From Deltaproteobacteria bacterium (GTDB taxonomy: Bacteria; Myxococcota_A; UBA9160; SMWR01), in contig JAFDEI010000007.1 in NCBI GenBank assembly GCA_019310425.1, forward strand, positions 1-55,724: a DNA stretch of 55,724 nt, given 5' to 3'. The notes beneath the pieces are model-generated. The model was not told the DNA's origin. It searched no databases and worked only from the letters and a program-made list of their open reading frames with translations. Both the position numbers and the translations under genes were made by a program. Of the stretch, positions 33,878-43,081 are shown piece after piece; position 1 is the stretch's first letter; each line of letters opens with the position of its first letter.

Positions 33878-35533
33878 TCAGCCTTCGGAATCGATCACGC
33901 CGACGGGCGGCGGTTCGGTCGGTGCGCCGGGAATCACGATCCGCGGTGGAAACCGGAACGCGAGTTCGAGATTCTCCCTGAAATCGTGGTGGTTGTAGAT
34001 CTTCCGCTCGATCACTTCGATCGAAGCGAGGTTCGCGACCACCCATGCCGGTGCGCGGCCGGCTTCGACCGCGCGCCGGTACAACCCCGGGCCGACGATC
34101 GCCGCATCGCGCTCGATGCGAACGATGTCCTTCGAAAGCGGGATCAACGGCGTCTTGTGCCCGGGCTTGAGCCAGCCCGCCTCGGTTCGCGCGAGCACTG
34201 CGTCGGTCAGGCCGAAGCCGTGCACCCAGCGGTCGCGAATTCCGACGTATTGCCTGCGGCACCAGGTGCCCGCGAGTATTCGCGCGTAGCCCCGGGCCGC
34301 GACCTGCCGCCCTGCCCCACGCAGCATTTCGGGATTCATCCTGGCCGAGAACAGCTCCGGCTGGAGGCTCGCATGCCGGCGATGCCAAGCTGCATCGTCG
34401 ATGAAATCGACGGGCTCGTGCCCGCCCCCACCGAAGAAGGGGTGTACGGAGAGCTGAGGGGGGACCATGAAGAAGACTCCCAGCGAGACGCCGAGCATGG
34501 TCACCGGACCCAGTACCCGCCGTCGCCCCACATCGCGACCGCACATCGCCGCTTCGAGAATTCCGGCTGAAGCACAGACCGCAAGCGAAAAGGGAAACGC
34601 CAGGTACCAGTAGTGGACGTGGCTGCCGCCGACGCGGGCCACATAGGCCGCGATCACTCCCGCGATCACGAGCATCGCAATGCGTTCGCTCGCGTGAGAT
34701 CTGGACTCAGCCGTACCGGACTGCTTCGCACGTTGGCGCACGAAGAGCGCGACCCCGACCACCACGGCAGCGAATCCTGCCACGTGATAGGTCCCGGCAG
34801 TGTCGAGGAGGTAACGCCAGCCCTGCTCGAAATGAACGCCGTCCTTCAGATAGAAGGTATTGGGAAGCAGATCCGCGTAATAGTGGATTCGAAACACCAG
34901 CCAACCACCACTCGCGACCATCGAGGCGACGAGCAACGACCATGGAAATTCCCGAAATCGCCACCACACGAACAACGCAGCCAGGCCGACTGCGAGCGCG
35001 AGCTCCGGCCGAGCCAATGGAGCGAGCGCGAGCAGCGCCGCAAGCCACCGCGACTGCGGCCGCAGCAAGTACAGCGCGAGCGTGGGTGCCATCAGGTGCG
35101 CGAGTGGAGTCTCGAGTCCGGAGGTGAAGAACGAGTCCAGCCCATAATTGGTGACGAGATATGCAAGCGGCAGGTTCAGGATCACGGAATCGCGTGGAGA
35201 GAGTTCCCGGTTGAGAGTGACGAGCAGAGCCCAGAAACCCATGAAGGCAGCACATCCGACGCCCGTGACGATCGCGGGCCAACTCAGCCCGAGCACCCGC
35301 AATGCGATCAACAACAGGCAGTGGAGCGGGCTACTGAATCCCTCGACGAATTCGCCCGCGTTGTAGACGAGACCGAGCTTCATGAACAGCAAGTTGTCGA
35401 CGTAGCGGAAGTAGACGAAGGAATCGTCCATCAGCCAGCGATATCGCACGACGAGCGTGAGGCCAATCGCGAGGTACAGCCATTCGAGTGCGGTCGGGCG
35501 CGGCAACGCGACGTTCCGCGTGGGCGCGCTCAC
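33878..35533 (-). CDS. GT-C-like polytopic membrane protein (paralogue 1) with C-terminal soluble domain
   Basis: 551 aa from GTG 35533, which makes a GTGA overlap with the upstream stop. First-loop motif YRWLMDDSFVYFRYVDNLLFMKLGLVYNAGEFVEGFSSPLH, followed by multiple TM helices and LLPNTFYLK. Confidence 0.6.
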   Translation of the reverse strand: MSAPTRNVALPRPTALEWLYLAIGLTLVVRYRWLMDDSFVYFRYVDNLLFMKLGLVYNAGEFVEGFSSPLHCLLLIALRVLGLSWPAIVTGVGCAAFMGFWALLVTLNRELSPRDSVILNLPLAYLVTNYGLDSFFTSGLETPLAHLMAPTLALYLLRPQSRWLAALLALAPLARPELALAVGLAALFVWWRFREFPWSLLVASMVASGGWLVFRIHYYADLLPNTFYLKDGVHFEQGWRYLLDTAGTYHVAGFAAVVVGVALFVRQRAKQSGTAESRSHASERIAMLVIAGVIAAYVARVGGSHVHYWYLAFPFSLAVCASAGILEAAMCGRDVGRRRVLGPVTMLGVSLGVFFMVPPQLSVHPFFGGGGHEPVDFIDDAAWHRRHASLQPELFSARMNPEMLRGAGRQVAARGYARILAGTWCRRQYVGIRDRWVHGFGLTDAVLARTEAGWLKPGHKTPLIPLSKDIVRIERDAAIVGPGLYRRAVEAGRAPAWVVANLASIEVIERKIYNHHDFRENLELAFRFPPRIVIPGAPTEPPPVGVIDSEG

Positions 35534-37020
35534 CGAGTCCTCCTGTAGCCGAGGACCTCGGCATCCCATTCGTAATAGCGATCGAGGTCCGGGTGCGCGC
35601 GCAGCTCGTCAGGTGCGGTCACGACATTGCCCAACCGCTGCCTGCCGCGCTTTCCGATCAGCAGGTAGTCCGGTTTGCGCGAGAAGACGTAGTCGGGGTT
35701 CGACCGCTGGTGACCCGGCAACGCATAGCGCTCGTCGCCCACTGAGCGTTTCGAACGCGCAATCGTCGGATCGACCAGACCGAGGATGTCGAGGATCGGC
35801 AGCTCCGAGTGAAATCCGAACGACCCGATTGCGCCCGTTGCGACCAACGCGATCTCCTCGTCGCGCTCCAGCAATACAGCGGCTCGACGCTCACCAAGGC
35901 GCTCGCTCTTCGCATCCTCCTCACGTTCGCGAGCCAGCAGTCGGATCCGTGGTGCCTTCACAATAGCGTCCCGGATCGTGGCGTGTTCGACGCCCATCAA
36001 GCCGAAGAAGCTCCAGTAGAAACTCAGCGCAACCGCGGCGGCGGCCACCGCTCCGACCGCAATCTTGCGGTCGAAAGCCATCGCCACACCACAGACGCCG
36101 AGTGCCGCAAGACACGGAATCAACGACATCAGGTAGCGCTGCCCGGATCCGATCGAGACGCCGTAGGCGAGCATCGCAGCGATGTAGGCGGCGCCCGGGT
36201 TCCAGCGCGGGTGGCGCAACATGAACGCGGCCGGCAGCGCACAGATGCCCGAGTTACCGACCAGGAAGAACGCGGCACCGACCGCGCTGACGCCGAGGGA
36301 AACACCGCCGACCTTCGCGTAGAAGGTGTTCGGGAGCGGATCGCCGTAGTACGTCACGCGAAAGGCCGTGAGCGCGATCATCACCGCGCCGTAGCCGAGC
36401 GGGCCGCGCCAGGCGGCCGGCGCCCGGAGGCCGAGCCGGAGCAGTCGGAAGCCGAAGATGGCCGCCGCGACCAGCGCCCCTTCCGGGCGCGTGAGCGTCG
36501 CGAGTGTCGCGTATGCGGTGGCCTGCCCGTCGCGACCATGTGCATCGGCGGCGAGCGCGCCGACGATCATCGCAACGAATAGTGGCGTCTCCATGCCCGC
36601 GGTGGACCAACGTGCGAATACCGGCGATGCGTAGACGAGCGCTGCCGCAACCGCAGCCCAGGGACGCTGCGATGGGCGCAGCCCGGCGGCCGCGTAGGTG
36701 TACGTCGCCGCCATGGCCAGGCAGCCGCTCACCAGCCCGAGAGCGTGACCGACCGCCTTGGCCTCGAAGCCGAGCGCGAGCCCGCCCGCGACGAGCAGCG
36801 TCCACAACAGGTTGCTGAAGCCTTCGACGTACTCACCGATGTTGTAGACGAGGCCGTGCCCCTGTGTGAGGTTGCTCGCATAGCGGTACGAGATATAGGA
36901 ATCGTCGTACTGCGGCGGGATCTGCCAGGACTCGAGCAGAAACGCCGCGAGCAACCCAACCAGCAGGAGCCCTCCGATACCGATCCCGGCACGGTCAGGG
37001 GTTACCGAATCCGCGGTCAA
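35530..37020 (-). CDS. GT-C-like polytopic membrane protein (paralogue 2)
   Basis: 496 aa. Its architecture and motifs match paralogue 1: PPQYDDSYISYRYASNLTQGHGLVYNIGEYVEGFSNLLW and GDPLPNTFYAK. TTG start. Confidence 0.6.
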   Translation of the reverse strand: MTADSVTPDRAGIGIGGLLLVGLLAAFLLESWQIPPQYDDSYISYRYASNLTQGHGLVYNIGEYVEGFSNLLWTLLVAGGLALGFEAKAVGHALGLVSGCLAMAATYTYAAAGLRPSQRPWAAVAAALVYASPVFARWSTAGMETPLFVAMIVGALAADAHGRDGQATAYATLATLTRPEGALVAAAIFGFRLLRLGLRAPAAWRGPLGYGAVMIALTAFRVTYYGDPLPNTFYAKVGGVSLGVSAVGAAFFLVGNSGICALPAAFMLRHPRWNPGAAYIAAMLAYGVSIGSGQRYLMSLIPCLAALGVCGVAMAFDRKIAVGAVAAAAVALSFYWSFFGLMGVEHATIRDAIVKAPRIRLLAREREEDAKSERLGERRAAVLLERDEEIALVATGAIGSFGFHSELPILDILGLVDPTIARSKRSVGDERYALPGHQRSNPDYVFSRKPDYLLIGKRGRQRLGNVVTAPDELRAHPDLDRYYEWDAEVLGYRRTR

Positions 37021-37168
37021 TCAAGCCTCCCGCTTGCCATTCCCTATCACCTGACTGCGTCCAAACGCCGGGAGCGTCGGCCGAAAACAGTGTACACCGC
37101 GATCCCCGATGGTCGGAGTTGTCGGTATCGACTATCCTGCTTCCCCCCACGAATTCGAGGAGATCGCG

Positions 37169-38002
37169 ATGCCCATCGACCCCACCGCCGTTGGAAATTC
37201 CGGAGGCCCGCAGGATCGATCCTGGACGTCGAAAGACTGCCTGCTGTATTCACTCGGCGTCGGCGCCGGCATCGACGAATTGAACTTCTCCACCGAGAAG
37301 AACCAGGAGGTCTTGCCGACCTTTGCGGTCATCATCGGCGGCGGCGGCGTCCCGTTCAACAAGATCGGATCGTTCAACCCCGCCATGCTGGTTCACGGCG
37401 AGCAGGCGATCGAGGTCTACCGACCGATCCCTGCCGAAGGCACGCTGCGCAGTACCGGCCGCGTTGCCGCCATTTGGGACAAAGGCGAGGGCAAGGCGGC
37501 CGTGGTCGTGATGGAATCCGAGTCCGTGAACGCCGAAACCAACGAGCCGCTGTTCAAGACGACCATGTCGGCCTTCCTCCGCGGCGAAGGTGGCTTCGGC
37601 GGCGAACGTGGGCCCTCCGCCCCGAAGACCAATGTGCCCGATCGGGCACCCGACCACGTCGTCAGCTACGACACCCGACCCGACCAGGCACTCACCTACC
37701 GGCTCTCGGGCGATCGCAACCCGCTCCACTCCGACCCGGAGTTCGCAAAGATGGCCGGCTTCGACCGACCGATCCTGCACGGACTGTGCACCTACGGCTT
37801 TACCGGGCGCGCACTACTGCACGCGATCTGCGACGGACAGGTCGATCGATTCAAGTCGATGTCGGTCCGCTTCTCGAAGCCCGTGATGCCGGGCGACACC
37901 CTCACCATCTCGATGTGGATCGACGGCAACGAAGCCGCTTTCCAGACGCGCACCCAGAACGACGTGGTCGTAATCGACCACGGGAAGTTCACGTTCGCGT
38001 AG
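37169..38002 (+). CDS. MaoC-like (R)-specific enoyl-CoA hydratase, double hot-dog
   Basis: 277 aa from ATG 37169 (GAGGAG upstream). It has SWTSKDCLLYSLGVGAG, and the C-terminal hydratase motif YRLSGDRNPLHSDPEFAKMAGFDRPILHGLCTYG. Confidence 0.85.
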   Translation: MPIDPTAVGNSGGPQDRSWTSKDCLLYSLGVGAGIDELNFSTEKNQEVLPTFAVIIGGGGVPFNKIGSFNPAMLVHGEQAIEVYRPIPAEGTLRSTGRVAAIWDKGEGKAAVVVMESESVNAETNEPLFKTTMSAFLRGEGGFGGERGPSAPKTNVPDRAPDHVVSYDTRPDQALTYRLSGDRNPLHSDPEFAKMAGFDRPILHGLCTYGFTGRALLHAICDGQVDRFKSMSVRFSKPVMPGDTLTISMWIDGNEAAFQTRTQNDVVVIDHGKFTFA

Positions 38003-38039
38003 CGGCCTAGCCCCAGGTCGTGGCACCCGATTGCCGAAA

Positions 38040-38960
38040 TCAATCGGCGATCAGATCCGGTGCGCGCGCTTCCAGCATCCGACGAAGGCCGTCTCGCCAG
38101 CCAACCTCCGTCTTGCCCACCAGCTCATGCATCCGCGTCGGGTCGAGCGCCAGGCCTCGCAAGGTTTCTTCGGTGGTTCGAAACTTCGGCGTGAGGCCGG
38201 TGAGTGTCCCGAGGAAAGCACACCAGTCCTCCAGGCGGACTGCCTCGCTTCCGCCCCAGTTCACGACCGTCGCGGGCACCGCAGCGACCTCGAACAGTTT
38301 CGGCAGCTGCGCGATGATGTCATCCTCGTGGATCGGGTTGTAGAGATTCCGGTCGCCCGGGTACACGGGGATCTCGACGCCATTCTGCATCATCAGCAGG
38401 TGGTAGAACGGCCAGCCGCCGTTGTCGCCGTAGGGAACGCTGAGACGCGCGATAGTGGTCGGCAGATTCCACTGGCGGGCCCCGAAGCGCGCCATCGTCT
38501 CGGCGGCAATCTTGCAGATACTGTAAGTCGGCAGCATCACCTTGTGGTTGTCACCGTAGGGCGACTCTTCGACCCGTGCGTCGTTCGATTCTTCCGCGTA
38601 GACCGCTCCGGACGAACAATGCAGGAATGCGCGCGCGTTTCTGCAGTGCGACATCAAGCGTCCGACACCCTCGGCGTTCGCGGCGAGGTCGTAATCCCAG
38701 TCACCGGTCTTCACGACCGCGAAGTTCAAGACCAGGTCGAAATCGTCCGGGCAGGCTTCGAACGAGTCCTTCGCGAGGTCCAGCGCAATGCAGCGAACGC
38801 CCATCTCCTCCAGCTGCGTACGCTGCTCGGCATTGCCGAAGCGGCCGAGCCCGTGCACCTCGTTCGATTTCGCGAGTTCGCGCGCCACCGGCAGACCCAC
38901 CTGACTGCTGGCGCCGGTGATCAGGATCTTTTGGTTCTCGAGCATGGTTTCCTCCGACAC
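38040..38960 (-). CDS. NAD-dependent epimerase/dehydratase (extended SDR)
   Basis: 306 aa with Rossmann motif ILITGASSQVGLPVAREL and a YxxxK-like YSICK. Confidence 0.8.
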   Translation of the reverse strand: MSEETMLENQKILITGASSQVGLPVARELAKSNEVHGLGRFGNAEQRTQLEEMGVRCIALDLAKDSFEACPDDFDLVLNFAVVKTGDWDYDLAANAEGVGRLMSHCRNARAFLHCSSGAVYAEESNDARVEESPYGDNHKVMLPTYSICKIAAETMARFGARQWNLPTTIARLSVPYGDNGGWPFYHLLMMQNGVEIPVYPGDRNLYNPIHEDDIIAQLPKLFEVAAVPATVVNWGGSEAVRLEDWCAFLGTLTGLTPKFRTTEETLRGLALDPTRMHELVGKTEVGWRDGLRRMLEARAPDLIAD

Positions 38961-38970
38961 GCTGCGCGGT

Positions 38971-39774
38971 CTATTCGACCGTCAAACAATAACCGCCGTA
39001 CTTTCGCACATTGATCACAGCGGTATCGAAAATCAGATACTGGCCCTTCACACCCATCAAAGTGCCTTCCAGTAGCGGCTCTTTGTCGAGATTGTGCGAG
39101 ACGACCTTGCTCGGATACTCGTCCACCGGGTACTCCAGCGATACCGGTTCGGCGTCGGGCGGCGACTCACCGGGAATCGGTTCGCCCGCGAGCTTTGCCT
39201 CGAGAGTCGCGAACAGGCGATCACGCTCGTCTGCAAGCGCAAGCGAGACCGGTGGTCCTTTGAGCATTCTGCGCCAGTTCGTCTTGTCCGCGACGAACTC
39301 CGCGAGCAGGACCTCCAGCCTTCCCGCCTCGAGCCGATCTTTCATTCGACGAACCACGAGCGCTTCGGCAGCTCCCTGGTCGATCCAGCGCGTCGTGGGA
39401 TCGACGCCTCGGGTCACACCGACCTTGAGCCCCGAGGTATTCGCGAGATAGACGCTGTGCGGAATCAGGCAATGCCTCTCGCCCCACGCCGGCTCGCGAC
39501 AAGTGCCCTTGGCGTAGTGGCAGAGCTCGGGCTTCACGATGCACATGTCACAACACGCGAGCCGCTGAAAGCACGGGTAGCAGTAACCCTGCTGATAGCT
39601 CTTCTTGATGCTGCGATCACAGTGGATGCAACGGATCTCACCATCGAAACGCAGCGCGAGCGTCCGACCGACTCGTTCGTTGAGCGGGAACGACTCGACT
39701 CCGATCGGCAGCGAGTACTGTACCGGAACCTCGAGCGCGCTCTTCATCTTCGCGATCGGGCCTCGCAAACCCAA
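38971..39774 (-). CDS. Cys-rich hypothetical protein, DUF2797-like
   Basis: 267 aa with the Cys cluster CIHCDRSIKKSYQQGYCYPCFQRLACCDMCIVKPELCHYAKGTCREPAWGERHC, followed by VYLANTSGLKVGVTR. The family assignment is from memory only. An alternative start is ATG 39747. Confidence 0.45.
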   Translation of the reverse strand: MGLRGPIAKMKSALEVPVQYSLPIGVESFPLNERVGRTLALRFDGEIRCIHCDRSIKKSYQQGYCYPCFQRLACCDMCIVKPELCHYAKGTCREPAWGERHCLIPHSVYLANTSGLKVGVTRGVDPTTRWIDQGAAEALVVRRMKDRLEAGRLEVLLAEFVADKTNWRRMLKGPPVSLALADERDRLFATLEAKLAGEPIPGESPPDAEPVSLEYPVDEYPSKVVSHNLDKEPLLEGTLMGVKGQYLIFDTAVINVRKYGGYCLTVE

Positions 39775-39801
39775 GTGCGGCCCTCCGGGCAGCGACGCTG
39801 A

Positions 39802-40290
39802 TCAGCCGTCCGACGCGACGACCTTCTCGGGTTCATTCTCCGAGTCGGAATCGCTCGACGCTGCCTCGTCGCTGGAGGCGAGGGCCTCCCCGACCGGCGC
39901 ATCGCCCTCCCCGGCCGAAAGCTGCTCGGGCACAAGGCCCTCCAGGAAGTCGACCGAACCCTCCGGGCACAGCCTACTCGCACCCGTGGCGAGGTGATCG
40001 TAGACCTCGCGGTACTGGTGGGTCAGGTCACGCAGCAACTGCGAGGTTCCCGTAAAGTGCTCGACGACTTCACCGCGATAGCCATCGAGCTGCTCGCGTG
40101 TCCTCTTGATCTCGCCTTTCGCCGCATCGACCGACGCCTGGGCGAGTTCGCGCTCCTTGTTCGCCAACTCGAGCTTCGATTTGAGCTCGAGAACCTCCTG
40201 CCGATGGTTTCCGGTCAGCCGTCCAACCAGGATTCCAGCCACGAGGGCGACGATGCCGGTGAGGATCAGAACCGCAAGGGGAAACATCAT
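39802..40290 (-). CDS. YhcB/ZapG-family (DUF1043) inner-membrane protein
   Basis: 162 aa with an N-terminal TM (FPLAVLILTGIVALVAGILVG), a coiled coil, then YRGEVVEHFTGTSQLLRDLTHQYREVYDHLATGASRL and an acidic tail. Confidence 0.7.
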   Translation of the reverse strand: MMFPLAVLILTGIVALVAGILVGRLTGNHRQEVLELKSKLELANKERELAQASVDAAKGEIKRTREQLDGYRGEVVEHFTGTSQLLRDLTHQYREVYDHLATGASRLCPEGSVDFLEGLVPEQLSAGEGDAPVGEALASSDEAASSDSDSENEPEKVVASDG

Positions 40291-40341
40291 GGCGAAACTC
40301 CACTGCTTTCTTGGGGGCCACGCGAGTCTAGCCCATCGATG

Positions 40342-40605
40342 TTACGAACCGAAGTGTTCTTCGAGGTACTCGATGATGTCGGCAGATTCGTGCATCCACT
40401 CGGAGGGTCCGTCGTCGTGATCGATCCGGAGGCACGGCACCGTCTGCCGACCCGTGGCTTCGATCAACTCCAGGCGCAGTGCCGAGTTCGTATTGATGTC
40501 GCGAATCTCGAAGTCAAGGCCGATGCGCCGCATCAGACTGCGGACACGCTCGCAGTATGGACACGAACGCGTCTGATATAGGGACAGACGAGTGGCTGAG
40601 ATCAT
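40342..40605 (-). CDS. Glutaredoxin-family protein
   Basis: 87 aa from ATG 40605: LSLYQTRSCPYCERVRSLM (CPYC active site) and RQTVPCL. The track ORF adds 31 non-conserved N-terminal codons. Confidence 0.85.
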   Translation of the reverse strand: MISATRLSLYQTRSCPYCERVRSLMRRIGLDFEIRDINTNSALRLELIEATGRQTVPCLRIDHDDGPSEWMHESADIIEYLEEHFGS

Positions 40606-40832
40606 TCTTTCTCTTTCTGCATTGGAATCGATGGGTTGGCGAGCCAGGCCCGGACCCGAAATCGGCGCCGTAAGCATACCGCAAGCGCGCCCAAACAACG
40701 CGATGGGGTGTATAGGACTGCCGATTCTCGGACCGATTCATGGAGGGGGAGGGCTTGGCCAGTAGTGGCCCAGTCGAGGAGAACGACCAGGTCCTGCGGC
40801 AGAGGGGGCGGTCGGGTCCTCGGTCCGCCCGG

Positions 40833-41468
40833 CTAGCGCCGTCGCAGGGCGGCTCTATGAGAGCACGCCGCGAGCAGGCTCAGTCCCAAGCCGAGAAAAG
40901 CAGCGGACGAGGGCTCGGGAACCTCGAGCGGCGTTTCCACGACGTCGATGGCGAAACTGACCGGCGCCATCATGAAGGCCTGGATCGTCAGCTCGAAGTT
41001 CGTCGCCTCGTGCAGCACCAGGTCGTGCAACGTCCACACCACCTTGTCCTCGTAGTCGGACCAGAGCCAGGTGTAGTTGCCGTTGATCGGGTCGTAGAAG
41101 CGAGACGAGTAACCGCCGGCATCGTGGGTGGTCGGCGTGGTGGCGTCGCCAAAATCGCCGAAAAGGGTGAGGTCCCATTGGTCTTCGCTGCTGATGAACT
41201 CGTACTCCCAGGCGCTACCCGCGGCGGTCAACGTGTCGCTCATGTTCAGGTAGGTCATGAATGCCAGGGTGATGCTGGGTGCGGCCGTCGCCGTGTCAAC
41301 GGAGAACGAGATGTCGAAGGCCTCGTCATAGACCACGACGTCCGGAATGATGAACGAGACCTCGGCGCCCAGCCAGATGCTCGTGATGGCCTCTGCTTTG
41401 GCGGTGTTCGCGCCGAACAGCATCGCGATGGGTGCAACGAGCAAGAAGAGAAGTCGTGCTGGCGCCAT
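40833..41468 (-). CDS. PEP-CTERM sorting-domain protein
   Basis: 211 aa with signal peptide MAPARLLFLLVAPIAMLFGANTAKA. The C-terminus VPEPSSAAFLGLGLSLLAACSHRAALRRR has the PEP motif, a TM helix and a basic tail. Confidence 0.85.
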   Translation of the reverse strand: MAPARLLFLLVAPIAMLFGANTAKAEAITSIWLGAEVSFIIPDVVVYDEAFDISFSVDTATAAPSITLAFMTYLNMSDTLTAAGSAWEYEFISSEDQWDLTLFGDFGDATTPTTHDAGGYSSRFYDPINGNYTWLWSDYEDKVVWTLHDLVLHEATNFELTIQAFMMAPVSFAIDVVETPLEVPEPSSAAFLGLGLSLLAACSHRAALRRR

Positions 41469-41863
41469 GCCTGGTCTCGCAAGGAAGTTCTGAGGGTTAG
41501 CTTCGCAGCGTTACTTATCGGCTTGACGGGAGACACCGTTGAGCGGAGAACCTCGATCGTTGCGTTCGATAGACGCAAATCGACGATCGAACGATGAGTC
41601 GGGGATTTTCGGTACAGTTTCCCAGCCGAGTGCGGGAATGCGGCTCGCATTGCCCCAATGTGCCCCGCGCGTTGCAGGCGTTACTGGCGTCGCGTATCAA
41701 GATCCAGAGTTGCCGGTCGAAGAGCATGTGGAAAGTCTGTTGAGCCACACGATGGATGAACGGACTCCATCAGACCGACTTGCTTCCACCGCCCGAACGC
41801 CGCGATGCCGGTGGCTGGTAGCCCGACGCTGGAGGCGGCACAATCTCCCGTCGGGGGGAGAAC

Positions 41864-42613
41864 ATGGCGACCGTGGCAGCTCGAGTGGGCGGGGCCGCAC
41901 GGCGGGAAGCGGAGCAACGAGCACGACCGCACGCGCGCATCACGCTGATCCGCCACGGCGAACCGGACTGGACACCGAGCAACGGCCCCTCCGTGAACGA
42001 CCCCGCACTCACCCCGTTCGGCGCGGCACAGGCTCGCGCAACCGCAGAGCGCGTCGCAGCGGACGGCATCGACGCGATCTACGTGAGCCCCTATCGGCGT
42101 TCGCAGGAAACCGCCGCCGCCCTCGCAGAGGTGACGGGCCTCGCCCCGATTACGGTCGAAGGGCTCGCCGAAGTGGGTGTCGCGGTCGACGGTCTGACTC
42201 AGGCCGAGGTCGACCGCTACTTCGTCGACGGCATGCAGCGTCCGCTCGACGAGCACTGGGAAGGCTGGCCCGGGGCGGAGACATTCCATGATTTCCACGC
42301 GCGCGTGACCAGCGCAATTACGGACATTCTCGGACGCCACGGCTGCCGATCTGATCGCACGCACGATTTCACGACCTGGCAGCTCCCCGACCCGAAGCCT
42401 CGCATCGCGGTGGTGGCACACGGCGGCACCAATTCGGTCGCGCTCACACATCTGCTCGACATTCGGCCGGTGCCGTGGGAGTGGATCCGGTTCGAGAGCG
42501 AGTTGGCCGCATTCTCGGTGCTCCAGGCCCGCCAGGTTGGCCCGGAAGGCTTCGTGTGGTCGCTCCAGAACTTCAACGAAGTCGATCCGCTGAAGGCCGA
42601 AGGGCTGCGCTGA
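41864..42613 (+). CDS. Histidine phosphatase (phosphoglycerate mutase) family protein
   Basis: 249 aa with the RHG motif (ITLIRHGEPDW), SPYRRSQETA, and the distal His (VVAHGGT). Confidence 0.85.
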   Translation: MATVAARVGGAARREAEQRARPHARITLIRHGEPDWTPSNGPSVNDPALTPFGAAQARATAERVAADGIDAIYVSPYRRSQETAAALAEVTGLAPITVEGLAEVGVAVDGLTQAEVDRYFVDGMQRPLDEHWEGWPGAETFHDFHARVTSAITDILGRHGCRSDRTHDFTTWQLPDPKPRIAVVAHGGTNSVALTHLLDIRPVPWEWIRFESELAAFSVLQARQVGPEGFVWSLQNFNEVDPLKAEGLR

Positions 42614-42673
42614 CGGCCCGCGGCTATACTGCGCGCGATCGATCGGAAGTCGTGCCGGTCGCGGAGACTCGCA

Positions 42674-43027
42674 GTGGCATCGCTCGTCCTCTATCACAAC
42701 CCGGGCTGCAGCAAGTCGCGGGGTGCGCTCGACATCCTGCAGGAAGACGGCGCGAATTTCGAGATCGTCGAATACCTCACGACTCCGCTCGACCGCGCGA
42801 CGCTCGAGAACCTGCTCGACCTGCTCCCGAACACGCCCGCGGAACTCGTACGCAAAGACAAGCACTTCGAGGAGCTGGGCCTCGATCCCGGCGCATACGA
42901 GAGCCGCGAGTCCGTTGTCGCGCTACTGATCGAGCACCCGAAGCTGATGCAACGTCCCATTGTGAGCAACGGCCGCCGCGCGTTGATCGCCCGCCCATCG
43001 GACGCAGTGCGCGATCTGCTGCCGTAG
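42674..43027 (+). CDS. arsC: ArsC-family (glutaredoxin-type) arsenate reductase
   Basis: 117 aa: LYHNPGCSKSRGALDIL..., PKLMQRPIV. GTG start. Confidence 0.8.
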   Translation: MASLVLYHNPGCSKSRGALDILQEDGANFEIVEYLTTPLDRATLENLLDLLPNTPAELVRKDKHFEELGLDPGAYESRESVVALLIEHPKLMQRPIVSNGRRALIARPSDAVRDLLP

Positions 43028-43081
43028 CTTCCGGTCGACCCTCGCGCAGCATCTCGCCATTGCCGCGAGTCTCGGAGCACG

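Noticed and set aside
41648-41666. Minus-strand GGGCACATTGGGGCAA upstream of the PEP-CTERM gene as a sigma-54 promoter
   Set aside because: The GG-to-GC spacing is one nucleotide short of the invariant -24/-12 distance.
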